The notes beneath the pieces were generated by a model. That model did no database searches and was not told the origin of the DNA. It saw only the letters and a program-made list of their open reading frames with translations. This document shows, one piece after another, positions 1 to 11,412 of a stretch of 64,000 nucleotides of DNA; the stretch's first letter is position 1; every line of letters starts with the position of its first letter. A program made the translations under genes and the position numbers. This stretch comes from Bacteroidota bacterium (GTDB taxonomy: Bacteria; Bacteroidota; Bacteroidia; Chitinophagales; Chitinophagaceae). The stretch spans positions 4,369-68,368 of the forward strand of contig JABDAP010000001.1 in NCBI GenBank assembly GCA_013289065.1, given 5' to 3'.

Positions 1-921
1 GGTTGTACGCGAATAATCATCTGTTTGGTTGGCTACCCAGTCTGTAGACTGTACAAACTGTGCACCGATCTTGAAAGCAAATTTGTCGGATACTTTTTGT
101 CCCCAACGAAGGCTCCAGTCATTATAAGAAGAAATACCGCGCTGGTAATGGTCAATATCTTTTACGCCCTGTTTGACCTCGAAACTAAGCCCCTGGTATT
201 TAAAAGGGTTTTTAGTGGTGATCAGCACAGTACCATTCATACCACCTGAACCATAAAGCGCAGAAGATGCGCCCGGCAGGAGTTCCACATTATCAACATC
301 AAGCTGTGTTGGCCCGATGATGCTTCCCACGGCGAAATTAAGGCCGGGAGCCTGGTTATCCATACCGTCCACGAGTTGATTAAGACGGGTGTTGCCACTC
401 ACATTAAAACCGCGCGTACCCACACTGCGGAAGGTTAAGCTTGCCGATACAACATCCACACCTTTCAGGTTGGTGATCATATCATAATAATTGGTAGTAG
501 GTGAGTTACGGATAGCATTGCTGTTGAATCTTTCAATAGAAACCGGCGACTCGAGTATCCTTTCAGGAACCCTTGATGCAGCAACCACTACGTCGTTACC
601 TAAAGTAAAAGAGGCATCGATGTCAACATCAAAAACCTGGTTATTATCTTTTACGGTAACTTCTTTATTTGCATAGCCAACGGAAGAGAACACAAGCGTA
701 AAAGGAAGTTTTTGCACTGTGGTAAAGCGGAAATTACCCTTATCATCGGTAAATGTTCCTGCTGCAGCACCTTTTACAGTAACAGATACAGCTGAAATAG
801 CTTCTTTCGATTGGCTGTTCTTTACGCTACCGGAGACAGTGGTTGATTGCTGGGCCGAAGCAGTAATGCACATAATAGCAGTTACTGCCAGCAACCCATA
901 ACGGGTGATTAGTCTTCTCAT
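1..921 (-). CDS. TonB-dependent receptor, N-terminal part (runs off window start)
   Basis: Not in the ORF track. Manual translation from ATG at 921 gives MRRLITRYGLLAVTAIMCITASAQQ (signal peptide), a CarboxypepD_reg-like domain (TVSGSVKN...FSSVGY) and plug motifs (TRGFN...LVDGMDNQAPG, VELLPGASSALYGSGGMNG). The frame is open to position 1. Confidence 0.9.
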   Translation of the reverse strand, partial: MRRLITRYGLLAVTAIMCITASAQQSTTVSGSVKNSQSKEAISAVSVTVKGAAAGTFTDDKGNFRFTTVQKLPFTLVFSSVGYANKEVTVKDNNQVFDVDIDASFTLGNDVVVAASRVPERILESPVSIERFNSNAIRNSPTTNYYDMITNLKGVDVVSASLTFRSVGTRGFNVSGNTRLNQLVDGMDNQAPGLNFAVGSIIGPTQLDVDNVELLPGASSALYGSGGMNGTVLITTKNPFKYQGLSFEVKQGVKDIDHYQRGISSYNDWSLRWGQKVSDKFAFKIGAQFVQSTDWVANQTDDYSRTT

Positions 922-1057
922 TTTAGCAAGTTTTAATTGAATTGGTACTACAAAATAGCATTTGTTGGTTTGGTATTAAAATTTAATTTGTTCACAAATA
1001 ACGCTGCTTTGTTAAGAAAAATTATATCTGCTAACCCTTATTTATCAATGACCTATC

Positions 1058-1065
1058 TATTTTTG
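1058..1065 (+). promoter_or_regulatory. Bacteroidota sigma-A -7 element (TATTTTTG) of purC
   Basis: Matches the TAnnTTTG consensus, 4 nt before the ATG. Confidence 0.55.
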
Positions 1066-1069
1066 GGGC

Positions 1070-2005
1070 ATGTCATCCTTTCAATTTCCTTCGCTCACTA
1101 ATGTTTACCATGGTAAAGTAAGAGATGTTTACAGCATTCAAAGCAATTGGCTGGTGATGATCGCCAGCAACCGGATCTCTGCTTTCGACGTGATCCTTCC
1201 GCGGCAGATCCCGTATAAAGGGCAGGTGCTGAACCAGATCGCCGCATATATGCTGAAAGCCACGCGCGATATTTGTCCCAACTGGCTTGTTGATACCCCT
1301 GCACCAAATGTGTCCATCGGAAAACGTTGTGAGCCTTTTAAAATAGAAATGGTGGTAAGAGGAAATGTAGTTGGCCATGCATGGCGCACTTACAGCAGCG
1401 GCAAGAGAGAATTGTGTGGCGTTACCATGGCAGAAGGGTTGAAGGAAAATGATTTTTTCCCATCGCCTATCATCACACCATCAACCAAAGCAGCGGAAGG
1501 GCATGATGAAGATATTTCGAAAGAAGATATTATTGCGAAAGGGCTGGCAACAGAAACGGACTGGAAAATATTAGAAGACTACACATTGAAATTGTTTGCC
1601 CGCGGAAAAGAGATCGCGGCAAAACAGGGCTTGATACTTGCCGATACAAAATATGAGTTTGGAAAGATCGGCGACACTATTTACCTGATGGATGAAGTGC
1701 ATACGCCTGATTCATCAAGGTATTTTTATGCGGATGGATTTGAAGAAAGACAGGCAACCGGCGAAAAGCAAAAACAGTTAAGCAAAGAGTTCGTACGTGA
1801 ATGGCTGATCGCTAATAATTTTATGGGCAAAGAAGGACAAACAGTTCCCACGATGAGCGATGAATGGATCGATACGATCAGCAAAAGATATATTGAGTTG
1901 TTTGAAAAAGTAACGGGCAGTTCTTTTATTCCCGAAACTTTGGATGATAAAGTGATCGAAGAAAGAGTAAACAATGCGTTGGTTAGATTAGGTGCTGTTG
2001 AATGA
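1070..2005 (+). CDS. purC: Phosphoribosylaminoimidazole-succinocarboxamide (SAICAR) synthase
   Basis: [44 protein letters not shown] motifs. Confidence 0.97.
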   Translation: MSSFQFPSLTNVYHGKVRDVYSIQSNWLVMIASNRISAFDVILPRQIPYKGQVLNQIAAYMLKATRDICPNWLVDTPAPNVSIGKRCEPFKIEMVVRGNVVGHAWRTYSSGKRELCGVTMAEGLKENDFFPSPIITPSTKAAEGHDEDISKEDIIAKGLATETDWKILEDYTLKLFARGKEIAAKQGLILADTKYEFGKIGDTIYLMDEVHTPDSSRYFYADGFEERQATGEKQKQLSKEFVREWLIANNFMGKEGQTVPTMSDEWIDTISKRYIELFEKVTGSSFIPETLDDKVIEERVNNALVRLGAVE

Positions 2006-2069
2006 TGAATGTTGAATGTTGAATGGGATTATCTTCAAATTCATCATTCATAATTCAACATTCATCATT
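1999..2069. repeat. Heptamer (AATGWTG) tandem repeats in inverted arrangement; probable bidirectional terminator
   Basis: gaatgatgaatgttgaatgttgaatg...ttcatcattcataattcaacattcatcatt between convergent genes. Confidence 0.8.
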
Positions 2070-2072
2070 TTT

Positions 2073-4436
2073 TCATTTAAACGTGTAGCTCAGGTTAATT
2101 CCCCCGTATAAAGACGATTTCGGGCCGGGTGTAAAATATCTCGGCAATACATTTCCAACCTGCACAAGATTGATCACCACAAACTGCGCGTAACGTGCAT
2201 TGAAAATATTATTGTTCCCGCCAAATATATCAAGGCTGAAATGTGATGTGCCTGCCTTTCCGAAATTCATGCGGTAACCGGCTTTTATATTTACAAGGTT
2301 ATATGAATCTGCAAACACCGTATTGTCTAATGTGATCGGCATTTTATCTGTGAACAGGTCGGTTAGATTTGCGTAGAACCCGTTGCCTGCTTCAATATCA
2401 AGGCCGGTGTTCAGAATATTTCTTGCAAGGCCGCTTACACGCAGGTTTGAATAATTTTTGGTGGCTGTATTATTATTGTTATCACTTTTCAGGTCAGAAT
2501 TTTTGCTGCCGTTATACGTGTACGAAAGAAACGGCCTGATCAGTTGAATAAGCCCTTTTTCTTTTGGGATCCATGCATAATTCGCCGCCAGCTCTGCACC
2601 GGTAAAGTTTACGGTACCTGCATTTACAAATGCGGTGTATGCGGGTTGTCCGCCTGTAGACGGGAAGTTTTGTGTAACGATCTTATCCGTTACATCCATA
2701 TTAAAGAATGCAAAATTCACATACATCGTTTCTTTAAAAAAACTGGCTTTGGTTCCTACTTCAAATGTGTTGCTGATCTCCGGTTTGATATCGTTATTTA
2801 CTTTATCCGTTTGTGAAATGACGAACTGGTTGGTACCCGGTTGCGCATATCCCATACTGTAATTGGAATATACAGATACGTTCTTACTTACCAGGTGATT
2901 CACTACCCACCGTGGCGTGATCAATGGTTTAAATACTTTAAAACCGGATTGATTTATATAACCTCCACCAGTTGCACGCAGATCTTCATTATCATACGTA
3001 ATAAAATTTGCGCTGCCGCTGAAAACCATCAGCGTATTCTTATCTATGTTCAGTTCAAGCATGCCGAATGCGTTCCACTGCATGGGTTTTATTTCCTGGT
3101 CGGTGCGCAATGTACCCAGCGCGCCGTTGTTGAGATTATATGTTTGCTGATAGATGATATTTTTATTTCCTTCCATTCCCAATGTGATCCTTGATGTAAC
3201 CGTTTTGCCTAATCTTGGCGTATAGATAAATGCAGTGCGGAAACCAAAACTCGTTTTATTTGTTTTGGTAAGAACGGCCGCAACGGATTGCCCTATTTCC
3301 TGCGTGCCCACAAAAAATGTGGTCTTGTTGCTGAATAATTTTGTGAACGCATATTCATGTGTTACACCCATGCGAACGCTTTCAAGTGCACTGTGCGAAT
3401 TATTTTTTACATAGTTGGTATCTGCACTTGCCGGAGAATAGATCAAACCGAGACTGTCTACCTGCCCGGATAACTGGTCATCCGATTTTGTGTAGTATGC
3501 ATAAAAACTGATCGTGGTCTTTGGGTTACTGTAGAAAAAAGCATTCAGGTTCCAGAAATCTTTTTTTGATTTGCTGTTCTCACGATAACCATCTGTTACC
3601 TGCTGGCCGTAATTAAATAAAATATTCGTCTTATCATTTCCTACGCCGGTAGAAGAAGTTGTTCTGCGCAAATTATTTGAGCCTGCTAAAAAATCCTGTT
3701 TCAGGCTAACGCCTTCCGCCGCTTTTTCCGATAAAAAACTTACCACGCCGCCAATACCGCTGCCATATACACTCGATACCGGCCCGCGGAAAACCTCTAC
3801 TCGTCCGAGTGTAGCAAAGTCAATGTCATCAAGGTTTGTGGTGCCATCGGCATCAGTTAAAGGAATATCGTTATAGTATGCTTTGTAACCGATGCCGTTA
3901 TTATTATTCTGGTTACCGTAACCGCGGAGAATAATTCTTGCACCGGTGTTGATATTACGGAACTCCATCCGTGCGCCGGGTAATAAATTAAAACTCTGCT
4001 GTAACTCTATCTCATCATTTCTTTCCAGATCCTTCTTAACAAGGGTTGCAATGGAACCGGGTGTGCGCAGTAAACTTTTTCCGTTATACAAACCCCTCAC
4101 CTGTATATTATTGGTTTCGAAGTTTATTGCATCGAGGAAAACAATATACTGTATGGGCGAGTTTCTTACCACCACGCTTTTTGATCCATAGCCTTTGGCT
4201 GTTACGGTAAGATCTGCGGTGATGCCTCTTCTTAATACCAGTTGCAGTTCGCCATTTTCATCGGCGTACATAGAATCTTTATTATTAACGATCACCAATG
4301 CACCGGGAATAGGTTGGGCGAGATAGAGGTCTTTCACCACACATTTCACACTGGGTGGTTGCACGGCAGGCGCCTGGGCCGATGCCTGTAAAACAAAAAT
4401 GTTACTCAATAATATTATGCCTGCTAATTTCTTCAT
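2073..4436 (-). CDS. TonB-dependent receptor
   Basis: Likely start MKKLAGIILL (signal peptide ending ASAQ); plug motifs ILRGYG and RVEVFRGPVSSVYGSGIGGV; C-terminal beta-strand GINLSYTF. Confidence 0.9.
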   Translation of the reverse strand: MKKLAGIILLSNIFVLQASAQAPAVQPPSVKCVVKDLYLAQPIPGALVIVNNKDSMYADENGELQLVLRRGITADLTVTAKGYGSKSVVVRNSPIQYIVFLDAINFETNNIQVRGLYNGKSLLRTPGSIATLVKKDLERNDEIELQQSFNLLPGARMEFRNINTGARIILRGYGNQNNNNGIGYKAYYNDIPLTDADGTTNLDDIDFATLGRVEVFRGPVSSVYGSGIGGVVSFLSEKAAEGVSLKQDFLAGSNNLRRTTSSTGVGNDKTNILFNYGQQVTDGYRENSKSKKDFWNLNAFFYSNPKTTISFYAYYTKSDDQLSGQVDSLGLIYSPASADTNYVKNNSHSALESVRMGVTHEYAFTKLFSNKTTFFVGTQEIGQSVAAVLTKTNKTSFGFRTAFIYTPRLGKTVTSRITLGMEGNKNIIYQQTYNLNNGALGTLRTDQEIKPMQWNAFGMLELNIDKNTLMVFSGSANFITYDNEDLRATGGGYINQSGFKVFKPLITPRWVVNHLVSKNVSVYSNYSMGYAQPGTNQFVISQTDKVNNDIKPEISNTFEVGTKASFFKETMYVNFAFFNMDVTDKIVTQNFPSTGGQPAYTAFVNAGTVNFTGAELAANYAWIPKEKGLIQLIRPFLSYTYNGSKNSDLKSDNNNNTATKNYSNLRVSGLARNILNTGLDIEAGNGFYANLTDLFTDKMPITLDNTVFADSYNLVNIKAGYRMNFGKAGTSHFSLDIFGGNNNIFNARYAQFVVINLVQVGNVLPRYFTPGPKSSLYGGINLSYTFK

Positions 4437-4491
4437 CAATATATCCTTGTTTCTTGGGTGAAAATACGGAAACGCTCTGTGCATGGTTGTT

Positions 4492-5535
4492 TCATCGGTT
4501 AACAGGCGATATCCGCGGGCGAAGCCTGGTCTTGCTTTTATTAAATATCTTCTGGCCGTTATCAACTCCCTTCCTTATCTGTTTCTGTCTTTCAACAGGC
4601 AGATGGATCGTGTCTTTACATTCTGCACTGCAACAATCATCAAATGCTGCGGCACATTCTTTACACTGAATAAATAAAAGATGACAACCATCGTTTTTAC
4701 AATTGGTATGGTCATCGCAAGGTTTTCCGCATTGATGGCATCGCGCGATCACATCATCGGTGATGCGTTCGCCGAGCCTGTCATCGAACACAAAATTTTT
4801 ACCGATGAACTTACTTTCAAGCGCTTCTTCTTTTGCCTGCTTTGCATAATTGATGATGCCGCCTTCGAGATGGAACACATGTTCAAAACCTTTGTACAGC
4901 ATATACGCACTCGCTTTCTCGCAACGTATACCACCGGTACAATACATAATGATGTTCCTGTTTTCCTTTCCTTTCATCATATCAACAGCCATCGGTAACT
5001 GCTCGCGAAAAGTATCGGACGGCACTTCGAGTGCATTTACAAAATGGCCCACTTCATATTCGTAATGGTTGCGCATGTCAACAACGATCGTATCGGGATC
5101 TTTCAGCAGTTCATTCATTTGTTGGGCATTCACATATTTTCCTTTTTTTTCCATGCTGAAATCAGCATCGGCAATTCCATCGGCAACAATTTTATCACGC
5201 ACTTTTATTTTGAGAACCCAGAAACTCTTACCGTCGTCATCTACAGCAGTGTTCAATCGCAAACCATTTAATGGTTCGATAGAAAACAGAAATGTCCTGA
5301 ACGCTTCCATTTTTTCCGCAGGCACACTTATCTGCGCATTAATGCCTTCTTTGGCAATATAGATCCTGCCAAAAACTTGTAGCACGTCGAGATTTTTGTA
5401 CAGGAAATCACGAAACTCTTTTGGATTCTGAATGGGGAAATAACAATAGAAGCTGATGGTAGTCCGCGGGAAGGTTTCTTCCATGAGCCGTTTTTTCAGC
5501 TCTTCGTTTGAAACGCGGTTATGTAGTACTGGCAT
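4492..5535 (-). CDS. trhO: Rhodanese-domain tRNA uridine(34) hydroxylase (YceA/TrhO)
   Basis: [57 protein letters not shown]-terminal Cys cluster. Confidence 0.93.
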   Translation of the reverse strand: MPVLHNRVSNEELKKRLMEETFPRTTISFYCYFPIQNPKEFRDFLYKNLDVLQVFGRIYIAKEGINAQISVPAEKMEAFRTFLFSIEPLNGLRLNTAVDDDGKSFWVLKIKVRDKIVADGIADADFSMEKKGKYVNAQQMNELLKDPDTIVVDMRNHYEYEVGHFVNALEVPSDTFREQLPMAVDMMKGKENRNIIMYCTGGIRCEKASAYMLYKGFEHVFHLEGGIINYAKQAKEEALESKFIGKNFVFDDRLGERITDDVIARCHQCGKPCDDHTNCKNDGCHLLFIQCKECAAAFDDCCSAECKDTIHLPVERQKQIRKGVDNGQKIFNKSKTRLRPRISPVNR

Positions 5536-5657
5536 ATATATTCATTTCAGACATCCATGCGATGAATGTTCCATTAATACTGGAGCCACTTGCAGGGTGG
5601 CCGAATTGCGGGGCGAAGGTAAGGATTTATTTATTGTTTGTGTTTGTAGAAATCTTA

Positions 5658-5794
5658 TAGAATCCCAGTTTGAAAATTCGAAAGACATCAAAACTGCGCC
5701 TCCGCGCCTTTGCGTGCTTTTTTTCACGCAAAGGCGCGGAGGCGCAGTAATTATATATAACGCTATACTAAAAAATTAAAACTAAAACACTACT
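5658..5794. mobile_element. MITE/REP-like element with 24-bp perfect internal hairpin
   Basis: ACTGCGCCTCCGCGCCTTTGCGTG (5693-5716) pairs with 5725-5748; the CAGTTTGAAAATTC flank and AAACACTACT end are shared with 40263-40355. Confidence 0.65.
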
Positions 5795-5800
5795 GGAAAT

Positions 5801-8248
5801 TTAAAAAAGCGGAACCGTTAACCTGAACCCACTCGGCCTGCCGCCGCCTGATTCGTAGCCTTGTACAAAATCAACACGGATCACTTTTAAAATGTTTTCG
5901 ATACCGAACAGGAGTTCATAATAATCTGCGCCTTTGTCTACATGCAATGCATTAACGCCTGTTACAAAGAACCAGTTCAATTTTTTATAGCCTGGAATTT
6001 TATTACTTAAAAAACCATTCAGGTGATATTCTGCATGTGCAGCAATATTGAATTTTGCCGTGTTACTGTATTTATAATAAGGTGCAAGTTGAAAACTATT
6101 CAGATCGCGCGATGCAAAAATAGTTTGGTTACCGAAGTAGTGTTGGTAATCGGGTGCATATGTTTTTGCCGCATCAAAGAAACCGCCGAAATCAATATTG
6201 TAATTGAATTGCCCTGCTAATTTTAAATTCAGTTCATCGCTGATGCCAACACGCCATTTTGTATAATCCACATCGCTTCCCAGAAATCCGTTGATGCCTT
6301 TTGTGATAGAAGCTGAAATAGTTGGCGCTTTTGAACCGATGCTCACTTTTCTGTCGGGGAACTCAATATAATCTGCGCCTGGATGCCAGGTAATATTTAC
6401 GGTTAACATACTTGCTTTGTTATTCGGCATACTCGCACTCATGATATCAGTTGGATAATTCGGTGTGAACACACGGCCTTTGATCGAGTTGTTCCAGCTT
6501 ACAGGATCAGCAAGGTTTTCGAGTGCGTGCCTGTTCTGGAACTGGAAGTTTGTGCTGATGTTTAAACCGTTCCCGATCGCTGCATTATATCCTGCGCGGA
6601 AAAAATCCGCCTCATATATTTTCATATAGTTGGCGTGGTATAATAAAGTGCTTAACGTGTTCAGGCGTTGCGATATCGGCCCTGCATTGTAGAACTGGAA
6701 AACATTTCTTCCACCGGAAATATTGAACGACTGGAAATATTTTTTCCCAAAATTATATCCTGCGCTGATAGATGGATTGAGATGCGTGTTCGTAATCCCA
6801 TAACGGATATCGGGGTTGATGAACAAACTGTGCCTGCCCTCAAAACGCCGGCGATAGCTGGGTGAAAAATTAATTACCGCACCTTCCACCGTATTATAAT
6901 TAAGTGTTGAAAGCACAGAAGCAAAACTGATATTCTCTTTTCTTTTTCTTACCGAGAATGACTGGCCGGAAAATAAAATACCGCTCAACCGAATTTTATT
7001 TCTTTTGGCATCCAGCGAATCAAGATAGTGCGGGTCTTTTCTTACCTGTTCCAGGCTGTCTTTCTTTTTATAATCGCGCGCTTCTTCCAATAACAACGGT
7101 AGCGGACGAACGCTGTCCCAGTAAGCCATCGGTTTTTTATTCGAGCTGTCATCAAATTTCAATACCGTATGATCAAAGAATTTTGGTTTGAATTTCGGAT
7201 CCATATCAAACTTATCATACACCTGTACAAAACTTCCGAAAAAATCAAAGCCCAGTATTTTTCCTGATGGATAGATCACCTGGTTCTTGATCACCCAACC
7301 GCTTGCAGTTGGCACATATAATTGTTGTATGCGTAATGTATCGAGGAACTGCAGCTGTTGCGCACGCACAAGCAAAAGATCTAAACTTTGTATGCGCCAT
7401 TCATCTTCAACGATATTGATATAACCGCTGAACAACGGTTCGTATGCGCGGCGAGGAATTACTTTGATCCTGCTTACTTCTTTTCCGTTCTCATAAAATG
7501 TTCCTTCAAATTTGTAGCGGTAATAATTCAAGGCGCCATTGGCGATGGGCGAAATAAAACCGCGCGGGTTAAGATCCTCGCCTGCTATGATCGTATTCTC
7601 ATAAAACGAAATGATCTGCGGATCGCTCAAACCAAAAGCGCCGCTGCGGCCGCTTACTTTGGTTGAGATCACTTCTACTTTATGTTTATTCGGTTCCTGC
7701 ACAGAATATTTGGCGATGGTTTCGGAGAGAAGGATCATTTTTCTTTTGCTGCTGTCGCCATCTTCAAAATCGATTTTTTTGCCGAGCAGCATTTTAGGGT
7801 AGTTGCGCAATTGCAATTGCCCTTTGATATAAACTTCGCATTCAAATTTTTTGATCTCTTTTAAATGCTCCTCTCTTTTTTCGATCGCTTTGCGGATGAT
7901 GGCATACGCAGGATCTTCGCCACCACTTGTCACTACCACATCTTTTAAATTATATTGCTGTTCTTCAAGTTCGAAATCGATTACCTGGTCGGACTTGCCA
8001 ACTTTAATTTTTTTCTCCACCGTTGCATGGCCGATGTATTGGCAAACCAATGTATAATCGCCTGCCTCCAACTGCAATGTGTAAGCGCCTTTTGCATTGG
8101 CAGAAACACCCTGTGTGGTTCCTTTTACCAGTATGGAAGAGAAAGGCAATACGCCGCCATTTTTTTCTTTGATAATACCACTGATGGTTGCGGAATAAAC
8201 GGAAAGGCTCACGAAAATTGTGATGGATAGAATAAACAGTTTTTTCAT
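5801..8248 (-). CDS. DUF5686 and carboxypeptidase-regulatory-like domain outer-membrane protein
   Basis: Signal peptide, ISGIIKEK..LPFSSILVKGT N-domain, EDPAYAIIRKAI, FISPIA...YYRYKFEG, YNTVEG, beta-barrel-like C-terminus. Confidence 0.85.
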   Translation of the reverse strand: MKKLFILSITIFVSLSVYSATISGIIKEKNGGVLPFSSILVKGTTQGVSANAKGAYTLQLEAGDYTLVCQYIGHATVEKKIKVGKSDQVIDFELEEQQYNLKDVVVTSGGEDPAYAIIRKAIEKREEHLKEIKKFECEVYIKGQLQLRNYPKMLLGKKIDFEDGDSSKRKMILLSETIAKYSVQEPNKHKVEVISTKVSGRSGAFGLSDPQIISFYENTIIAGEDLNPRGFISPIANGALNYYRYKFEGTFYENGKEVSRIKVIPRRAYEPLFSGYINIVEDEWRIQSLDLLLVRAQQLQFLDTLRIQQLYVPTASGWVIKNQVIYPSGKILGFDFFGSFVQVYDKFDMDPKFKPKFFDHTVLKFDDSSNKKPMAYWDSVRPLPLLLEEARDYKKKDSLEQVRKDPHYLDSLDAKRNKIRLSGILFSGQSFSVRKRKENISFASVLSTLNYNTVEGAVINFSPSYRRRFEGRHSLFINPDIRYGITNTHLNPSISAGYNFGKKYFQSFNISGGRNVFQFYNAGPISQRLNTLSTLLYHANYMKIYEADFFRAGYNAAIGNGLNISTNFQFQNRHALENLADPVSWNNSIKGRVFTPNYPTDIMSASMPNNKASMLTVNITWHPGADYIEFPDRKVSIGSKAPTISASITKGINGFLGSDVDYTKWRVGISDELNLKLAGQFNYNIDFGGFFDAAKTYAPDYQHYFGNQTIFASRDLNSFQLAPYYKYSNTAKFNIAAHAEYHLNGFLSNKIPGYKKLNWFFVTGVNALHVDKGADYYELLFGIENILKVIRVDFVQGYESGGGRPSGFRLTVPLF

Positions 8249-8352
8249 TGCGTTCAGGTTGCAACGAATTTAGACGGTTGAAACTGTGTTTTGTTACTAT
8301 GTGTTGGAAATTGGGTGAGGTTTAACGTATTCTTAATTGGGATGGAAAATTT

Positions 8353-8435
8353 TGAATGATGAATTATGAATGTTGAATGAAAATGGTTGCCACAGAATTC
8401 ACAGACGGGCACAGACAAATTTTCTGTTATCTGTT
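8353..8435. repeat. AATGWTG heptamer run followed by a partial CACAGA-family palindrome
   Basis: tgaatgatgaattatgaatgttgaatg, then gccacagaattcacaga, identical to the start of the 30281 copy. Confidence 0.7.
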
Positions 8436-8445
8436 CAGGTAAATT

Positions 8446-8790
8446 TTATTTCCGCAAATACGTTCCTGTCAATGCAGCAAGCCCACTAACTAATCCACCA
8501 ATAATACCGGTCAATAATATCAATACTAAATAAGAACCGCCCAAAGGCAATACCTGCGCTACTTTGGTGGCGAGTATGTGTTCGTTGGCGGCATCTTTTA
8601 TCAGCGCCATTCCTGCCCACAAAAGAAATACACCGGCAAACCCTGTAAGAAATGCTTTACCCGGGCGCTGATGTATGGCCACCGCAACGATCAACGAAGT
8701 GATCACAAAACTCCACCATGGCAGTGTGCCGTACACACCAACAACATACGCGAGAAAACCGGTTAATATGATCGCTGCAATTATTTTCAT
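8446..8790 (-). CDS. Hypothetical membrane protein
   Basis: 114 aa, 3-4 hydrophobic helices, 9 nt downstream of the penicillin acylase gene. Confidence 0.8.
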   Translation of the reverse strand: MKIIAAIILTGFLAYVVGVYGTLPWWSFVITSLIVAVAIHQRPGKAFLTGFAGVFLLWAGMALIKDAANEHILATKVAQVLPLGGSYLVLILLTGIIGGLVSGLAALTGTYLRK

Positions 8791-8799
8791 AAAAAAAAT

Positions 8800-11265
8800 T
8801 TAACTGTTAGTAAAACTCATGTGCCATTTGATGCGTTCATTTTTTTCGGCCGTGCCTTTTTGTAAAAACAAAATGCGGTAATATTTTCCTGCGGCCCAGC
8901 TGTCGATAAATGTGTCGTAATATTTACTGCCGGGGTTTCCGCTTTGTCCGCCGGGATATACGCCATACGCTTCTATCTCATCCGTTAAATGAACGATCAT
9001 GCGCCAGCTCGGGCCATGCACATCTTTGGTGGCATTGATCATATTTTCTCCGCCGCCGATCGGTAAATGCAGCCTGCTTAATGCAGGGATCTGTAATAAA
9101 TGTCTTACCTGCGTGTCTTTTAGCTTACCCCACTCAAGTTTATTTTCAGTCTCTAAATATTTCAAATTCTTACAGGCTTTCTGGCAGGCCAGTAACATTA
9201 TATCACGAAGTGTTTCTTTTTTATCTGGTGTATTGATATTATCTACAAACTTCCAGGCAGAATCGCGCAGTAAACTTTCCAGCAGTGTTGATGCATCGGG
9301 TTTTGGAAAGGGCAATTTACTTTTCTGCATTTCATCGCCCCATGTTCCCACTTCTAAACTGTCCCACATACATTTAAAAACGGTGGCGCCTTTTTCAGTA
9401 TAGTCTCCGCGAAGGTTCCAGCTTTTTAGTATATCAACATATTTTTTCTCATCGGTTGTCAATGCGCTTTCATCAAGGTATCTCAACATCAATGGCCGCG
9501 CCATTTCTGCAAACACATTGTAGTTCTCCATCTGCATATGCTGCATATCTTCTGCCGTAATATTATTCATCGCAGATAATTTCCGGTTGATGATGATACC
9601 GCGATACAATGGAAAACTATTTGCCGCGCCGAGATAATACGGATAGGTTGAATCGGTTGACATCTGGTTCGCACTGCTCACAAAACCGCGCACCGGATTT
9701 TTGATCATCGGGTTTTCATTTTCCGGTATCACGCCCTGCCACATATAACTGCTGTCGGCTCCGGGCATGATAAAATCGCCCTGGCGTTTCCATCGCGCAA
9801 TAAATGCACCCTGCTGTTTGATCGCAATATCACCCGATTTTGATGCGAATGCAAAATTCTGCCCGGGGCATGACCAGTTGGCGATCGCATTTAAGTAATC
9901 GTTATAATTCTTTGCCCTGTTCAATTGATAAAAAGTTTCTAAGCCTTTTCCTGCAATATGTGCTGTCCAGTGTATGGCGAGATATTTTCCTTCAGTGCTT
10001 GCATTTTTATAGGCGCGGTCGTACATAACGGGGCCAAACACAGTAACGGCAATGTTTTCAACCAGGTCGGGCTTGCCTTTTATTTTGATTATTTCCTGCC
10101 GGTGATCCGCTTTTGTCCACACACCTTTGAACATGTATTCCGATAAAGTAGAATCGCGGAACTGGATATTATAATAATCGATCACGTCTCTTCCGGCATT
10201 GGTAACACCCCATGCAATGCTGTCGTTAAAGCCAATGATCACTGCAGGCGAACCCGGAAAACTTGCACCGTATGTATTGTGCGATGGTGTATTGATCTGC
10301 ATTTCATACCAAAGCGATGGAAGGTTCAGGCCCAGATGCGGATCGTTGCATAAAATTGGCCGGCCGCTTTTTGTTTTGGTTCCTGATACTGCCCAGTTGT
10401 TACTGCCATTGTCTTTATCGGGGGCTTCGGGAAGCATAGCTGTTGTGGCGGTTGCTGTTGAATTGAGATAACCAGAATCTACATTCTTCGGCGCTTTCGG
10501 AACAATGGAAGGTTTACCGTAACGCGTTCCAATTGGAATGATCGGGTCGAGCGAATCTTCTACATTGGGATACAGTTTATCAAAATCTGCAAAGCCAAAA
10601 TAATTTTTTGCATTCGTCATCGACAGATCTGTTACCGCACCGCGCCCTGTAAGATCATAAGACATGTACATCAAAAACAAATAAGTTTTTAAGGGTGTCC
10701 ATGCTTCGGGTTTATAATCGAGCAGTTTATATTCGAAAGGGATCTCTTCGGGTTTTAAAGCGTTGATGTATGCGTTCACGCCATCACTATATGCCTGAAC
10801 CGTGGCTTTCATTTCAGGGTTCTTTTCCATGTTCGCCATCGTTTGTTCGGCGCCATATACCATGCCCAGCCTTCTGAACATACGGTCTATCGGTAATTTA
10901 TCTGCTCCCACAATTTCACTCAATCTTCCTGCCGCAACATGTGTTTGAAATTCCATCTGCCACAAACGGAATTTTGCATGCAGGTAACCTTGTATATAAT
11001 ATGCATCGAGATCATTATCGGCGTAAACATGCGGTACGAGCCTGTCATCGATATATACATCCGCTTTTCCTTTCAGCCCGGGGAGTTTCAGTTCGCCATT
11101 AAAACTGGTATTAACGGGTTCAGCATTTTGCCAGAAACCGGATTGCGGCGACAAAAAATAACCCAAACGCGGTGTTTTGCTAGGCCCTGCAGGCAACTGC
11201 ATATTCAGTACGGTTACCAGCCCGGCAGTAACCAATCCCGAAACAATAAACGGAACAACTCTCAT
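8800..11265 (-). CDS. Penicillin acylase family (Ntn hydrolase, peptidase S45)
   Basis: VPHVYA, RLWQME, catalytic GSNNWAV, NDPHLGLNLPSLWYE, GPSWRMIV, PGGQSGNPGS. Confidence 0.95.
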   Translation of the reverse strand: MRVVPFIVSGLVTAGLVTVLNMQLPAGPSKTPRLGYFLSPQSGFWQNAEPVNTSFNGELKLPGLKGKADVYIDDRLVPHVYADNDLDAYYIQGYLHAKFRLWQMEFQTHVAAGRLSEIVGADKLPIDRMFRRLGMVYGAEQTMANMEKNPEMKATVQAYSDGVNAYINALKPEEIPFEYKLLDYKPEAWTPLKTYLFLMYMSYDLTGRGAVTDLSMTNAKNYFGFADFDKLYPNVEDSLDPIIPIGTRYGKPSIVPKAPKNVDSGYLNSTATATTAMLPEAPDKDNGSNNWAVSGTKTKSGRPILCNDPHLGLNLPSLWYEMQINTPSHNTYGASFPGSPAVIIGFNDSIAWGVTNAGRDVIDYYNIQFRDSTLSEYMFKGVWTKADHRQEIIKIKGKPDLVENIAVTVFGPVMYDRAYKNASTEGKYLAIHWTAHIAGKGLETFYQLNRAKNYNDYLNAIANWSCPGQNFAFASKSGDIAIKQQGAFIARWKRQGDFIMPGADSSYMWQGVIPENENPMIKNPVRGFVSSANQMSTDSTYPYYLGAANSFPLYRGIIINRKLSAMNNITAEDMQHMQMENYNVFAEMARPLMLRYLDESALTTDEKKYVDILKSWNLRGDYTEKGATVFKCMWDSLEVGTWGDEMQKSKLPFPKPDASTLLESLLRDSAWKFVDNINTPDKKETLRDIMLLACQKACKNLKYLETENKLEWGKLKDTQVRHLLQIPALSRLHLPIGGGENMINATKDVHGPSWRMIVHLTDEIEAYGVYPGGQSGNPGSKYYDTFIDSWAAGKYYRILFLQKGTAEKNERIKWHMSFTNS

Positions 11266-11298
11266 AGCAAATGTTTAGGTAATGAATATACTGAATTT

Positions 11299-11400
11299 TA
11301 ATTAGTAATGAGTAGTTAGTAATTACTAATTAAAGATGCATGAGTAAAGGTTTTTATGTGCTTACTCAATTACTAACTACTAATTACTAATTACTAACTA
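11299..11400. repeat. TAATTAG/CTAATTA heptamer tandem repeats in inverted arrangement
   Basis: taattagtaatgagtagttagtaatt...aattactaactactaattactaattactaacta between divergent genes. Confidence 0.8.
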
Positions 11401-11406
11401 TTTTTG
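11399..11406 (+). promoter_or_regulatory. Bacteroidota -7 element (TATTTTTG) of ispH
   Basis: TAnnTTTG, 6 nt before ATG 11413. Confidence 0.55.
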
Positions 11407-11412
11407 CGCCTG

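Noticed and set aside
4437-4565. Long overlap of the TonB receptor ORF with trhO
   Set aside because: The signal peptide indicates a start at 4436, which removes the overlap.
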